Positions 18,871-27,969 of a DNA stretch of 64,000 bases are shown in pieces (position 1 is the stretch's first letter; every line of letters starts with the position of its first letter). Under the pieces are notes generated by a model. It made no database searches. It saw only the letters and a list, made by a program, of their open reading frames with translations, and was not told the DNA's origin. The stretch covers positions 1,632,001 through 1,696,000 of the forward strand of contig OY970355.1 in assembly GCA_963718525.1 (NCBI GenBank). The letters run 5' to 3'. Origin of the DNA: Candidatus Dormiibacterota bacterium (GTDB lineage: Bacteria; Chloroflexota; Dormibacteria; Aeolococcales; Aeolococcaceae). The translations under genes and the position numbers were made by a program.

Positions 18871-19656
18871 ACATTCGAGCGCTGTTTGCCGCAGGGCTTG
18901 CCGCTCTGCTCGCTGCCGGCGTCGCCTGGGCAATCGGATCGCGCCCCGATGGCCGGCTCCGGGTGACCGTATTGAACATCGGATCGTCACCCGCGGTGCT
19001 GGTACGCACTGGGGATGGGCACACGGTCCTCGTGGACGGCGGCTCATCGCCGGCCGAACTTGACGCGGCGCTGGGACGAGTTCCTCCCACCAGCCACCGC
19101 CCACCTGGACATGGTCGTGGTCACGGGGGGTGAGCGCGCGGCGGTCAACGGGCTCGGTGGTCTCCCGGGCCACTACAGCGTCGGGACGGTGGTGACGTCC
19201 GGCGGACTCAACCCCGGCGGCAACACCATTGTCGCCGCACTCGAGAGTGGGGGTGCCAACGTCCTCGAGGCCGCCGGCGGCGCCTGGTCGTTCGGTGGAG
19301 CGACGTGGCGCTGTCTCGGCTTCATCGCCCTCGCCACCGGACGCACCATGTGCGCGCTGACCGTCGACGATCCGAGCGGCCGTGTGCTCCTGCTCGGTGA
19401 TACCGGAACCGCGGATCAGGAGAACCTGTGCGCCGTCTACGGCAGCGCCCTTGACGCGGACCTCATTGTCACACCGCCCGGTGGAGCCATCTCTCCTGTG
19501 CTGCTCGCCACCGCTCATCCGCTCCAAATCGCCGTCCCGATCGCACAAGGCGTAGCGGCGGTTCCAGCACCGCAGGGTTATCTCACCGATCGCACCAGTG
19601 CTGACGGCGATCTCGTGTACACGGGTGGCAGCGCCGGTCTGCGGGAGGGCACGTGA
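18867..19656 (+). pseudogene. Separately encoded ComEC C-terminal metallo-beta-lactamase-like domain, frameshifted near 19080
   Basis: PDGRLRVTVLNIG..VLVDGG in one frame, continuing as LPPATAHLDMVVVT..VLLLGD in the +1 frame. Confidence 0.7.
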
Positions 19657-19678
19657 CGACGCTTGCCATACTGCACCG

Positions 19679-20689
19679 GTGGCTTCGATTCAGCCCTTGA
19701 ACCAGCTGACTCTCATCCATGGTGAGGATCGCTTCCTAGTCGATCGATCGGTCAAGCAGTGGCGCGACCGCGCGCGACCGCCCGAGGTCGATGTCGAGGT
19801 GTTCGAGGCCCCCGGCAGGCTCAACGAGTTCCGCAACGCCGTCGCTGAGATGCCATTGTTCGACCCCGAGCGCGCGCTGCTGCTTCGCGACCCGCCGCAG
19901 CTGACCGGTTCCGCGAAACGGGGCGGCGCCGACCCGCCGGAACGGCTGGTCGCGATTCTCAGCGAGCTGGCACCCACCACAATCCTCTGTCTGGTCGCGC
20001 ACGCGAAGGTGCCCGACCGCAACCCTGTCCTCAACGCGGTGAAGTCGAAGGGCGGGTCGATCATCTTCCACCCCGCAGTCAAGGGTCGTGAGCTTCGATC
20101 GTGGATCGAGCGCGAGATCGGCGCCCGGGGATTGCGGCTCGGCGCCGGTTCGGTCGATCACCTGATTCGGGTGGCCGGGCCCGATCTCGGCAGTATCGCC
20201 TCGGAGCTCGACAAGCTGGTCGCCTTCGCATCCGGCCGGCCGCTCTCGATCGGCGAGGTTCGGATGGCCGTCGCCGGCGACGAGTTCACCGGCCTCTACG
20301 ACACGCTCGGTGAGCTGCTCGGCCCGAACCCCGCCAAGGGGGCCGAGTCAGTCGACCGGCTCCTCTCCGAGGGGCGGGCGGGCCAGTACCTGCTGGCGAT
20401 CCTCGCCGGTCAGATCCGCGACCTGGTGATGACCCAGGGGTATGTCAAAACTCACGGCTCGTCGTCCGGGCTCGCAGCCGCGCTTGGAAAACCCGACTGG
20501 CAGGTCGATCGCCTGGCACGCCAGGCGAGGAGCGTGTCCCCCGCGGTCGTGGCCGGCTGGCTCGCAGCGCTGCATGATGTCGACCGGAAGCTCAAGACGG
20601 GCGAGATCGCAGAGACGGACGGGCTCCGGCTCGCTGTGCTGAGAGCCGCCGCGGAAGTGACCGCCGAGCGCGGTCAGCGTCACCCCTAG
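19679..20689 (+). CDS. holA: DNA polymerase III delta subunit
   Basis: LIHGEDRFL, MPLF, W..REI and ELDKL..F. Conserved comEC-holA-rpsT synteny. Confidence 0.88.
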   Translation: MASIQPLNQLTLIHGEDRFLVDRSVKQWRDRARPPEVDVEVFEAPGRLNEFRNAVAEMPLFDPERALLLRDPPQLTGSAKRGGADPPERLVAILSELAPTTILCLVAHAKVPDRNPVLNAVKSKGGSIIFHPAVKGRELRSWIEREIGARGLRLGAGSVDHLIRVAGPDLGSIASELDKLVAFASGRPLSIGEVRMAVAGDEFTGLYDTLGELLGPNPAKGAESVDRLLSEGRAGQYLLAILAGQIRDLVMTQGYVKTHGSSSGLAAALGKPDWQVDRLARQARSVSPAVVAGWLAALHDVDRKLKTGEIAETDGLRLAVLRAAAEVTAERGQRHP

Positions 20690-20705
20690 GTCGGGGGCTC
20701 GCTCG

Positions 20706-21182
20706 CTATTTGGTCTTGGCGGTCCTGGCGGGTGACTTCGCGGTCGTGGTCGCCTTGGGGGCGGTGGCAGTGGCCGCGGCCGTCTTCGCTGCGGGCGCCT
20801 TGGCACTGGATTTGGTGGTCTTCGCCGCAGCGGCACGCGCGGGCTGCTTGGCGCTGCGTCCCTTGGCACCGCCGGCTGCAGCGGACCGCACCGCCGCGCC
20901 CTCTGTTCCCTCGGCAACGTTCGTCAGGCGTGCGGCCATCGAGGCCAGCCGCGATTTGCGACGGCGGACATTGTTCCGGTGGAGCACGCCCTTCTCGGCA
21001 GCGCGGTCGAGCGCGCGGATGGCGGCGTGCAACTCGGCGTCGCCGGTGGCAGCGCCCTCTTCGAGAAGCGCGTGGCGCGCTTTGATCACCTTGGTACGCA
21101 CGGCCGACTTCACCGCGCGGTTGCGGATGTGCTTCCGCTCGCTGGACCTGATGCGCTTGCGCGCGGATCGGGAGTTGGCCAT
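20706..21182 (-). CDS. rpsT: 30S ribosomal protein S20 with an Ala/Lys/Thr-rich C-terminal extension
   Basis: MANSRSARKRIR..RNRAVKSAVRT..LDRAAEKGVLHRN..RRKSRL core followed by a ~70-aa tail. Confidence 0.92.
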   Translation of the reverse strand: MANSRSARKRIRSSERKHIRNRAVKSAVRTKVIKARHALLEEGAATGDAELHAAIRALDRAAEKGVLHRNNVRRRKSRLASMAARLTNVAEGTEGAAVRSAAAGGAKGRSAKQPARAAAAKTTKSSAKAPAAKTAAATATAPKATTTAKSPARTAKTK

Positions 21183-21272
21183 GCTCGCTCTTCTAGATCA
21201 CTCGATAACTGGGCGCGCCCCCCGGGCAGGTACGAGCCAGGGACGCACGAAGCCAGCAGTATATCAGCGACT

Positions 21273-22157
21273 GTGTCTCGCCTCTCCACTCGGGTTGTTC
21301 CCGCATACGCAAAGCTGAACCTGTCGCTGGCCGTGGTGGCTCGCCGCGTAGACGGCTGGCATGACATCGACAGCGTCCTCGTCCCGGTCGACTGGCACGA
21401 CCTGGTCGGGCTGAGCCTGGAATTCGCCGACACTGACAGCCTTGCGCTCACAGTTGGCGGACCGGCCGCGGATGGCGTCCCGACCGGCGACAGCAACCTG
21501 ACGGCGCGCGCCGCCAAGGCGCTTCGCAGCCTGGCGGGCCGGCCGCTGGCCATGCGGGTGTGGCTTTCCAAGGTTGTCCCGCACGGCGCCGGGCTCGGCG
21601 GCGGTTCGGCCGATGCCGCGGCCGTCCTCCGCGCCGGGACGAGCCGGCTCGCTGACCTGGGCGTGACGACTGATCCTGAGCAGGTCGCCGCAGCCGCGCT
21701 GGAAATCGGCAGCGATGTGCCGGCGCTGCTCCCGGTATCCACCCAGCGCGTGCGCGGTCGGGGCGATCGGCTCGAGGCACTCGCCACCCCGGCACTCTGT
21801 CTTGTGGTCGCATCCACCACGCCGAGCTCCACGGCGGACACGTATGCGGCCGTGGCCCCGGACGAGATCCGCGACGACGGCCGCTCTGAGCGTCTGGCGC
21901 AGCTCATCAACGCAGGCCACGCGCCCGACCCGAGCCTGATGGGGAGCGCCCTTGAAGCAGCCGCGTGCCGGGCCAACCCGGCGCTGGCAGACGCTCTGCA
22001 TCGAGCGCGTCGAGCGGGGGTCGGCGCCGACTGGTATCTGACCGGCAGTGGCGGTGCGGTTTTCACGATCACCCATGGACATCCTCAAGCGGAGCAGCTT
22101 GCCGGCGTGATGCGCGCTGCCGGCTTCAATGCCCGCGCATGCCGGACCGTCGGCTGA
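21273..22157 (+). CDS. ispE: 4-diphosphocytidyl-2-C-methyl-D-erythritol kinase
   Basis: AYAKLNLSL..DGWHDIDS, KVVPHGAGLGGGSADAA, IGSDVP and LTGSGGAVF. Confidence 0.88.
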   Translation: MSRLSTRVVPAYAKLNLSLAVVARRVDGWHDIDSVLVPVDWHDLVGLSLEFADTDSLALTVGGPAADGVPTGDSNLTARAAKALRSLAGRPLAMRVWLSKVVPHGAGLGGGSADAAAVLRAGTSRLADLGVTTDPEQVAAAALEIGSDVPALLPVSTQRVRGRGDRLEALATPALCLVVASTTPSSTADTYAAVAPDEIRDDGRSERLAQLINAGHAPDPSLMGSALEAAACRANPALADALHRARRAGVGADWYLTGSGGAVFTITHGHPQAEQLAGVMRAAGFNARACRTVG

Positions 22158-22185
22158 GGCTCACAGCACTACAATCCGATCCCCA

Positions 22186-23064
22186 GTGACTGTGGCTGAT
22201 GCACCTTCTGTCACGCCGCCGACGCCGGAGACCTGTGACCATCCCGCGCCGGTCACCGGGATCCTCGCGCATGAGTTCGCCCACTACGAGGGCGCAATCG
22301 GCCCCGAGGGGCTTCGCCGCACCGTCACGTACTACGGGCCGATCGTCGGTGGACTGCCGATTCGCGCGTGGCACTGCGAGAAGTGCGGGCTGCTCCGCCT
22401 GACCTACCCAGACGGTCGCACCGAGGAACGGCGGCTCTATCCGGGTCCGCAGCCGGGACTGCTCGCCGAGGCATCGCCGGTCGCCACCGAACGCGTTCAC
22501 TACGGCATGCAGGCGCGCGTTTCCGGGCTCAGCGCGCAGCCCGCGTTCATCGATCAGCTCACCGGTGGCGCGTCGATCGTCCGGCCCATCCAGTTCCCGA
22601 CCGTGACGCTGCCCGCCTGGGACGCGATCACCTGGCTGACCGTGCTCGGCATGATCTCGGTGCTTGTGGGGCTGCTCTTCGCGGGGTTGTTCGCGGCGCT
22701 GTCGTACAGCACGCCGAGCGTCGAATTGCCCCTCGTGCTGACCATCGTGTTCATCTTTGTCGGGGTGATCGCCCTGCGCCTGATCGTCCTGGTGATCCAG
22801 CATTTCGCACCTGCCGACAAGCTCAGTCCCAGCGTCGCCGAGACGATGCGGGGGACGCCCGAGCTGGACGTGGCAACACGCGCCGTGGTGGTGCTGCTCG
22901 CGGTCTGCGTGATGGGTCTCTTCGCGAGCGCCGTGCTCGCGACATACACCTACTCGACCCCGGGCGCCGAGCTGCCGGTGGTGGTCCTCACCCTGTCGAG
23001 CGCGATCATCGCGGCGGTGATCAAGGTTGTTTCCGTCATCGTGCGTCACTTCTCCGGCCGGTAG
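22186..23064 (+). CDS. Hypothetical membrane protein with an N-terminal Cys/His domain and four TM helices
   Basis: GC3-rich ORF filling the gap. CDH, HEFAH and WHCEKCG motifs plus four hydrophobic segments. TACAAT upstream. Confidence 0.7.
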   Translation: MTVADAPSVTPPTPETCDHPAPVTGILAHEFAHYEGAIGPEGLRRTVTYYGPIVGGLPIRAWHCEKCGLLRLTYPDGRTEERRLYPGPQPGLLAEASPVATERVHYGMQARVSGLSAQPAFIDQLTGGASIVRPIQFPTVTLPAWDAITWLTVLGMISVLVGLLFAGLFAALSYSTPSVELPLVLTIVFIFVGVIALRLIVLVIQHFAPADKLSPSVAETMRGTPELDVATRAVVVLLAVCVMGLFASAVLATYTYSTPGAELPVVVLTLSSAIIAAVIKVVSVIVRHFSGR

Positions 23065-23084
23065 CGGGCCTGCTCCCGGAGTCG

Positions 23085-24515
23085 ATGCCGCTCCACGCGC
23101 CGCCCGACCAGGACATCGTCATCGTCGGCGCCACCGGTGACCTCGCACAGCGCAAGCTCATCCCCGCCCTCTACAACCTCCACCGTCAGAAGTTGTTGCC
23201 AGCCAAGGGCGAGATCATCGGGGCCGCGCCGTTCGACTGGGACGATCGGCGTTTCCGCGACCTCGCCGAATCATCGGTCAAACAGTTCTCGAGAACGCCG
23301 TTGCGGGCGTCGATCTTCGCATCATTCGCCAAGCGGCTTCGTTTCGTCCCGCTTCCTCCCAACGACGATCTCTCACCCATACGCGCTGTCTCGAAGCTCG
23401 ATCACCGCATCGCGTACCTGGCCGTTCCACCGTCGGCGTTCACATCCCTCATCGAGGGGGTCAAGACGGCGGGCCTTGTCGAGGGAACGTCGATCATCAT
23501 CGAGAAGCCGTTCGGTCACGACCTGAGCTCCGCGATGGAGCTGAACAAAACCCTCCACGATGTGGTGCCCGAACAGCGAATCTTCCGCATCGACCATTAC
23601 ATGGGCAAGGAGACCGTCCAGAACCTCCTCGTGTTTCGTTTCGGAAACTCGCTGTTCGAGCGGATCTGGAATCGCGAGGCGATCTCACGTGTTGAGATCA
23701 CCGTCGCCGAGTCGATCGGTGTCGAGGGCCGCGGCAAGCTCTACGAGGAGATTGGGGCCATTCGTGACATCGTCCAGAACCACATGTTCCAGGTCCTCTC
23801 GCTGATTGCGATGGACCCGCCGCTCTCGTTCGATGCGGAGGCCATCCGCAACGAGAAGGTGAAGGTCCTCGAATCGATTCAGCCGATCCGCCCGCACGAC
23901 GTGGTCCGCGGACAGTACACGGGCGGAACCATCGATGGTGAGAAGGTGGTCGGATATCGGGAGGAGCCAGGCGTCTCGCCCGCGTCCACCACGGAGACCT
24001 ACGCGGCGCTGCGCCTCCACCTGGAGTCGTGGCGCTGGTCGGGCGTGCCCTTTCTGCTGCGCACCGGCAAGCGGCTGCCGACGCGAGATACTCGCGTGGT
24101 CATCACGTTTCACGATGTCCCGCTCCACCTGTTCAAGACAGCCGGCGTGCACGCCCTGAACCGCAACCGTTTGGTCGTGCGCATTCAGCCGGATGAGGGC
24201 ATCGCGCTTTCATTCGTCGCCAAGCAACCGGGACCGGAGGTCACCGCGCAGTCGGTCGACATGAATTTCAAATACGGCGACTTATTCAAGACCTCGCCCC
24301 CCGAGGCATACGAGCGGCTGCTGCACGACGCGCTCAATGGCGACCACACCCTGTTCATCCGTGAGGACGAGGTCGAGAGCGGATGGCGGGCGGTCGAGCC
24401 GGTCATCGAGGCGCCCCCGCCGATCACCTTCTACCAGGCGGGAGCGTGGGGACCGTCCGACGCCGAGCGGATCGCGAGTCCAGGACATTGGGACGAATCG
24501 GTCGGCGCCGTATGA
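23085..24515 (+). CDS. zwf: Glucose-6-phosphate 1-dehydrogenase
   Basis: IVGATGDLAQRKLIPALY, IEKPFG, RIDHYMGKETVQN, RWSGVPFLLRTGK and AYERLL. Confidence 0.95.
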   Translation: MPLHAPPDQDIVIVGATGDLAQRKLIPALYNLHRQKLLPAKGEIIGAAPFDWDDRRFRDLAESSVKQFSRTPLRASIFASFAKRLRFVPLPPNDDLSPIRAVSKLDHRIAYLAVPPSAFTSLIEGVKTAGLVEGTSIIIEKPFGHDLSSAMELNKTLHDVVPEQRIFRIDHYMGKETVQNLLVFRFGNSLFERIWNREAISRVEITVAESIGVEGRGKLYEEIGAIRDIVQNHMFQVLSLIAMDPPLSFDAEAIRNEKVKVLESIQPIRPHDVVRGQYTGGTIDGEKVVGYREEPGVSPASTTETYAALRLHLESWRWSGVPFLLRTGKRLPTRDTRVVITFHDVPLHLFKTAGVHALNRNRLVVRIQPDEGIALSFVAKQPGPEVTAQSVDMNFKYGDLFKTSPPEAYERLLHDALNGDHTLFIREDEVESGWRAVEPVIEAPPPITFYQAGAWGPSDAERIASPGHWDESVGAV

Positions 24516-25480
24516 CCGCTTCCCCCGTTCTCATCGGGGTCGACCTGGGCGGGACGAGCATCCGCGCCGCGGTGGCGATCGGCGACGTGACGCACGGCGA
24601 GCCGGTGGTACGCGATACCCCGTCACGGGAGGGGCCTGCCGCCGTGCTCGATGCCGTCGCGGAGTGCGCTCGCGAGGCCGCCGACTCCGCGCACATTCGC
24701 GGGCTCGCGATCGGCATTCCGGGTCCACTCGATCCCGGTTCGGGTGTGGTCCACAATGCGCCGAACATGACCGGCTGGAACGAGGTTCCGGCTGCCGCGA
24801 TGCTCTCGGAGCGAGTTGGGTGTCCCGTGGTCATCTGTCATGACGCGGCTGCGGCCGGATACGCGGAGCTCAAGGCGGGCGCGGGGCGCGGTGCCCAGTA
24901 CCTGCTGTTCATCACCGTGAGCACCGGTATCGGCGGGGCGCTGTTCACCGGCGGTGATCTGTACGCCGGCGCAACCGGGTCGGCCGGCGAGGTCGGCCAC
25001 ACACCCATCAGCGATGACGGCCCGCGCTGCGGCGAGGGTCATCCGGGATGCCTCGAGGGGACATCGTCCGGCACCGCGATCGCGGCTCGGGCTCGCGCCG
25101 AGCTCGCCGCCGGCCGCGTCTCGTCGCTCATGGGTGTCGACCCCGCCTCGATCGACGCACGGGCGATCGCCACCGCCGCGAACGGGGGTGACGAGCTCGC
25201 GCTCCAGGTCTTCAACGACGCCGGCCATGCGCTCGGCCGCGCGATTGGTGGGTTCATCAATGTGCTCGCCCCCGACGTACTCGTCATCGGAGGCGGGCTG
25301 ATTCGAGCGGGCGACCTGCTGCTCAAACCGGCGCGTCTCGCAGCCACGGAAATTGCGTTCGAGATCCCGTACCGGCGCTGCAAGATCGTCACCGCGGCGC
25401 TGGGGACCGACGCCGGCCTGATCGGCGCCGTGGCATGGGCGGTGCGCAGCTTTGGCGGCGTTCCCGCGGGGATGCGTTAG
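24512..25480 (+). CDS. ROK-family sugar kinase (glucokinase-like)
   Basis: GVDLGGT, GIPGPLD, STGIGG, GEVGH, C..G..GCLE and VIGGG. Confidence 0.9.
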   Translation: MTASPVLIGVDLGGTSIRAAVAIGDVTHGEPVVRDTPSREGPAAVLDAVAECAREAADSAHIRGLAIGIPGPLDPGSGVVHNAPNMTGWNEVPAAAMLSERVGCPVVICHDAAAAGYAELKAGAGRGAQYLLFITVSTGIGGALFTGGDLYAGATGSAGEVGHTPISDDGPRCGEGHPGCLEGTSSGTAIAARARAELAAGRVSSLMGVDPASIDARAIATAANGGDELALQVFNDAGHALGRAIGGFINVLAPDVLVIGGGLIRAGDLLLKPARLAATEIAFEIPYRRCKIVTAALGTDAGLIGAVAWAVRSFGGVPAGMR

Positions 25481-25501
25481 GCGCGAAGGGCGGCGGAGAC
25501 G

Positions 25502-26176
25502 CTACGACCAGGTCTGGGCGTCGCCGTCGCGCTTGCGTCTCGCCATGAATGCGGCCACCTCGGCGCGCCGCGAAAGGTCGAGCTTCATGAGGATGTTGCT
25601 CACGTAGTTCTTCACGGTCTTCTCGGCGAGATGGACCTGTTCCCCGATCTGGCGATTGGTCATCCCTTCGGCGACCAGGCCGACGATGCGCCGCTCTTGC
25701 GGTGTCAACTGCTCGGCGCCGGCGTCAGTGCTTCCGCCGAGGACGTCGCCGCGAATCCGCGCAAGCACCTGGCCGGTGACCGAGGGGTCGAGAAGTGATT
25801 CGCCCTTGGCGACCCGATGGATCGCGTCGAGCAGTTCGTTGCCGTGGATCTGCTTCAGGACGTATCCGGACGCACCGGCCATGATGGCGCTGAAGAGCGC
25901 TTCGTCATCCGCGAAGGAGGTGAGGATGAGCACTCGAGTCTCCTCGCGATGCGCGCGGATATCCCTGCATGCCTCGACGCCGGAGCGCCCCGGCATCCGC
26001 ACATCCATGACCACCACGTCCGGCGTGGATTCGGCCGCAGCGCTCACCGCCTCATCGGCAGAGCCCGCCTCGCCGATGACGTCGATGGTCAGATCGGACT
26101 CCAGCAGCGAGCGGAGCCCGCGACGCACCAGCTCATGATCGTCGCAGAGCAACACGCGAATGCGGGTGGCAGGCAT
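25502..26176 (-). CDS. NarL/DosR-like response regulator
   Basis: DDHELVRRGL, DVRMP, AIMAGASGYVLK and GMTNRQIG..LAEKTVKNYVSNIL.KL. Confidence 0.92.
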   Translation of the reverse strand: MPATRIRVLLCDDHELVRRGLRSLLESDLTIDVIGEAGSADEAVSAAAESTPDVVVMDVRMPGRSGVEACRDIRAHREETRVLILTSFADDEALFSAIMAGASGYVLKQIHGNELLDAIHRVAKGESLLDPSVTGQVLARIRGDVLGGSTDAGAEQLTPQERRIVGLVAEGMTNRQIGEQVHLAEKTVKNYVSNILMKLDLSRRAEVAAFMARRKRDGDAQTWS

Positions 26177-26190
26177 TGCTCCAGTGTAGG

Positions 26191-26204
26191 GGGCCATTGG
26201 TCAC
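26191..26204. promoter_or_regulatory. DosR/DevR-like operator box
   Basis: GGGCC-ATTG-GTCAC resembles GGGAC-N4-GTCCC. It lies between the regulator and the divergent gene. Confidence 0.45.
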
Positions 26205-26250
26205 ATGGATCCAAGCCCAGAGGCTCTGTTCAGCGTCGAGAGATCACCCG

Positions 26251-26745
26251 ATGCTCGTTGGTGAGATGCTGATCCAGGATTTCGTGCAGATCGACCGCAA
26301 CTACGACGCGGTGAAGGCGCGCGTGCGCGCCGATCCACGTGGTTTGATCGCGGACAGCGCCGGCGCAGCGTACCGGCAGGGGGAGCACCTGTCCCTCCGC
26401 CTCGCACCGCTCAAGGGCATGCCGCGTCTCGTCAAGACGATCGACGTGGATCTCGCGGAACCCTACGAGCGTGAGGACCGTCTGGTGGTTCCGATGCACT
26501 GGTGGGCACCCGGTGCGACCCGATTCTTCCCGCACCTCGACGGCGACCTCGAATTCGCGCCACTGGGGTCGACAACCTGTCAGATCACCCTCATGGGAAG
26601 CTACGACCCGCCGCTTGGCTTCGTCGGCCGGCACGCAGACACCCTGCTGCTCCACCGCGTCGCCGTCGCGAGCATCCGCTCCTTCCTCGTCAACGTGTCG
26701 CGCAACGTCGAGCGGCCCGCTCGGGCTGCTCAGAGCGTTCGCTGA
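26251..26745 (+). CDS. Hypothetical protein, possible SRPBCC/START-like fold
   Basis: FPHLDGDLEFAPLG..ITLMGSYDPPLG..G..D..LHRVA..FL pattern. Coding-like codon use. Confidence 0.65.
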   Translation: MLVGEMLIQDFVQIDRNYDAVKARVRADPRGLIADSAGAAYRQGEHLSLRLAPLKGMPRLVKTIDVDLAEPYEREDRLVVPMHWWAPGATRFFPHLDGDLEFAPLGSTTCQITLMGSYDPPLGFVGRHADTLLLHRVAVASIRSFLVNVSRNVERPARAAQSVR

Positions 26746-26750
26746 GGGGC

Positions 26751-27881
26751 TCAGCGCCTTCGGTGTCTCTCTCGGGGCACGGACCACACCGCACGAACGC
26801 CGCGCGATCCAACGGTTTCGAGCGTGAATGAGCCGCCAAGTTTCCGAGCCCGTTCTGACAGGTTGGCACGGCCAAGCCCCGCGCTGCGATCGTCGCTCAA
26901 CCCGACGCCGTTGTCCTCCACGGTCAGTGTCACCTCGATGCCGGCGCGGACGCGGACCTCGACGCCGGTGGCGTGCGCGTGGCGTACGACGTTGCTGAGG
27001 AGCTCCCGGAGTGCGGCGAGCAGGTGCTCCGCGAGGTCCGCACCGACGATGGTGTCGACTGGGCCGTCAAATCGCACACGCGGCTCGAATCCCAGCGCAG
27101 GGGTCATCTCGGCGGCAACCGCGAGGATGCGAACGCGGCAGCCGGACGGTCCCCGCTCGTTCGCCTGCAACTCGAAGATCACGCCGCGGATCTCGCGTAT
27201 CGTCGCGTCAAGATCGTCGACCGCCGCCTGGATCCTGTCGGCGACCGTGCTGTCGCCGACCACGCGCGAGAGTCCCTGCAGGCCGAGGCCGGTCGCGAAG
27301 AGTCGCTGGATCACCGTGTCGTGCAGGTCGCGGGCGATGCGTTCGCGATCGTGGAGCAGCGCGAGCTCCTGGACCCGCTCATGGAGTTGCGCGTTCTCGA
27401 TGGCGACACCGGCCGCGCTGGCAAGCGCGACCGCGAGGGTCTCGTCGTTGGTGGTGAACGGGCCGCCACCCGCCTTCTCGGTCACGTAGAGGTTGCCGAA
27501 GACCTCATTGCGAATCCGGATCGGCACACCGAGAAACGTGCGCATGGCCGGGTGGCCGGCGGGAAACCCCACCGAGTCCGGGTGGGCACCGAGGTCGTCC
27601 AGGCGCAGGGGGCGTGGCTCATGGATGACCAGGCCGAGGATGCCGAGTCCCCGCGGCAGATGCCCGATGTGGCGCCTGACGGCGTCGTCGATGCCCTCGG
27701 TGATGAACTCATCCAGCAGCATCTCGCCCTGAGCCGATTCGGCCCCGAGGACTCCGAGCGCGCCGTACTGCGCGCCCGTCTGATCGCAGGCGACCTGGAC
27801 GATTCGCTGGAGCACTGCGGGCAGCTCCAGATCGGACGAGATCGCAAAGATCGCATCGAGAATCCGCTGCACGTTGCTCAT
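26751..27881 (-). CDS. GAF-domain sensor histidine kinase, DosS/DosT-like
   Basis: GFPAGHPAMRTFLGVPI..FGNLYVTEK GAF, RERIARDLHDTVIQRLF (HisKA_3), NVVRHA and DNGVG. Confidence 0.9.
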   Translation of the reverse strand: MSNVQRILDAIFAISSDLELPAVLQRIVQVACDQTGAQYGALGVLGAESAQGEMLLDEFITEGIDDAVRRHIGHLPRGLGILGLVIHEPRPLRLDDLGAHPDSVGFPAGHPAMRTFLGVPIRIRNEVFGNLYVTEKAGGGPFTTNDETLAVALASAAGVAIENAQLHERVQELALLHDRERIARDLHDTVIQRLFATGLGLQGLSRVVGDSTVADRIQAAVDDLDATIREIRGVIFELQANERGPSGCRVRILAVAAEMTPALGFEPRVRFDGPVDTIVGADLAEHLLAALRELLSNVVRHAHATGVEVRVRAGIEVTLTVEDNGVGLSDDRSAGLGRANLSERARKLGGSFTLETVGSRGVRAVWSVPRERHRRR

Positions 27882-27934
27882 ACCACCAAGCGTAGCCTGC
27901 TCGAGCGACCGATGCGGTCTTCGCTGCGGTCGTG

Positions 27935-27956
27935 ATATTCTGAATTTACTGAATAT
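27935..27956. promoter_or_regulatory. AT-rich palindromic operator upstream of the GbsR/MarR-like regulator
   Basis: ATATTCTG-AATTTA-CTGAATAT, a near-perfect inverted repeat in GC-rich DNA 14 bp before the ATG. Confidence 0.6.
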
Positions 27957-27969
27957 AGGCAGGCGATCC

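Noticed and set aside
22368-23084. Long N-terminal extensions on zwf, malic enzyme, leuC, ilvN, ispE and others in the ORF track
   Set aside because: The extensions overlap upstream genes and are low-complexity Arg/Ala/Pro sequence. Family motifs begin at the downstream starts used here.
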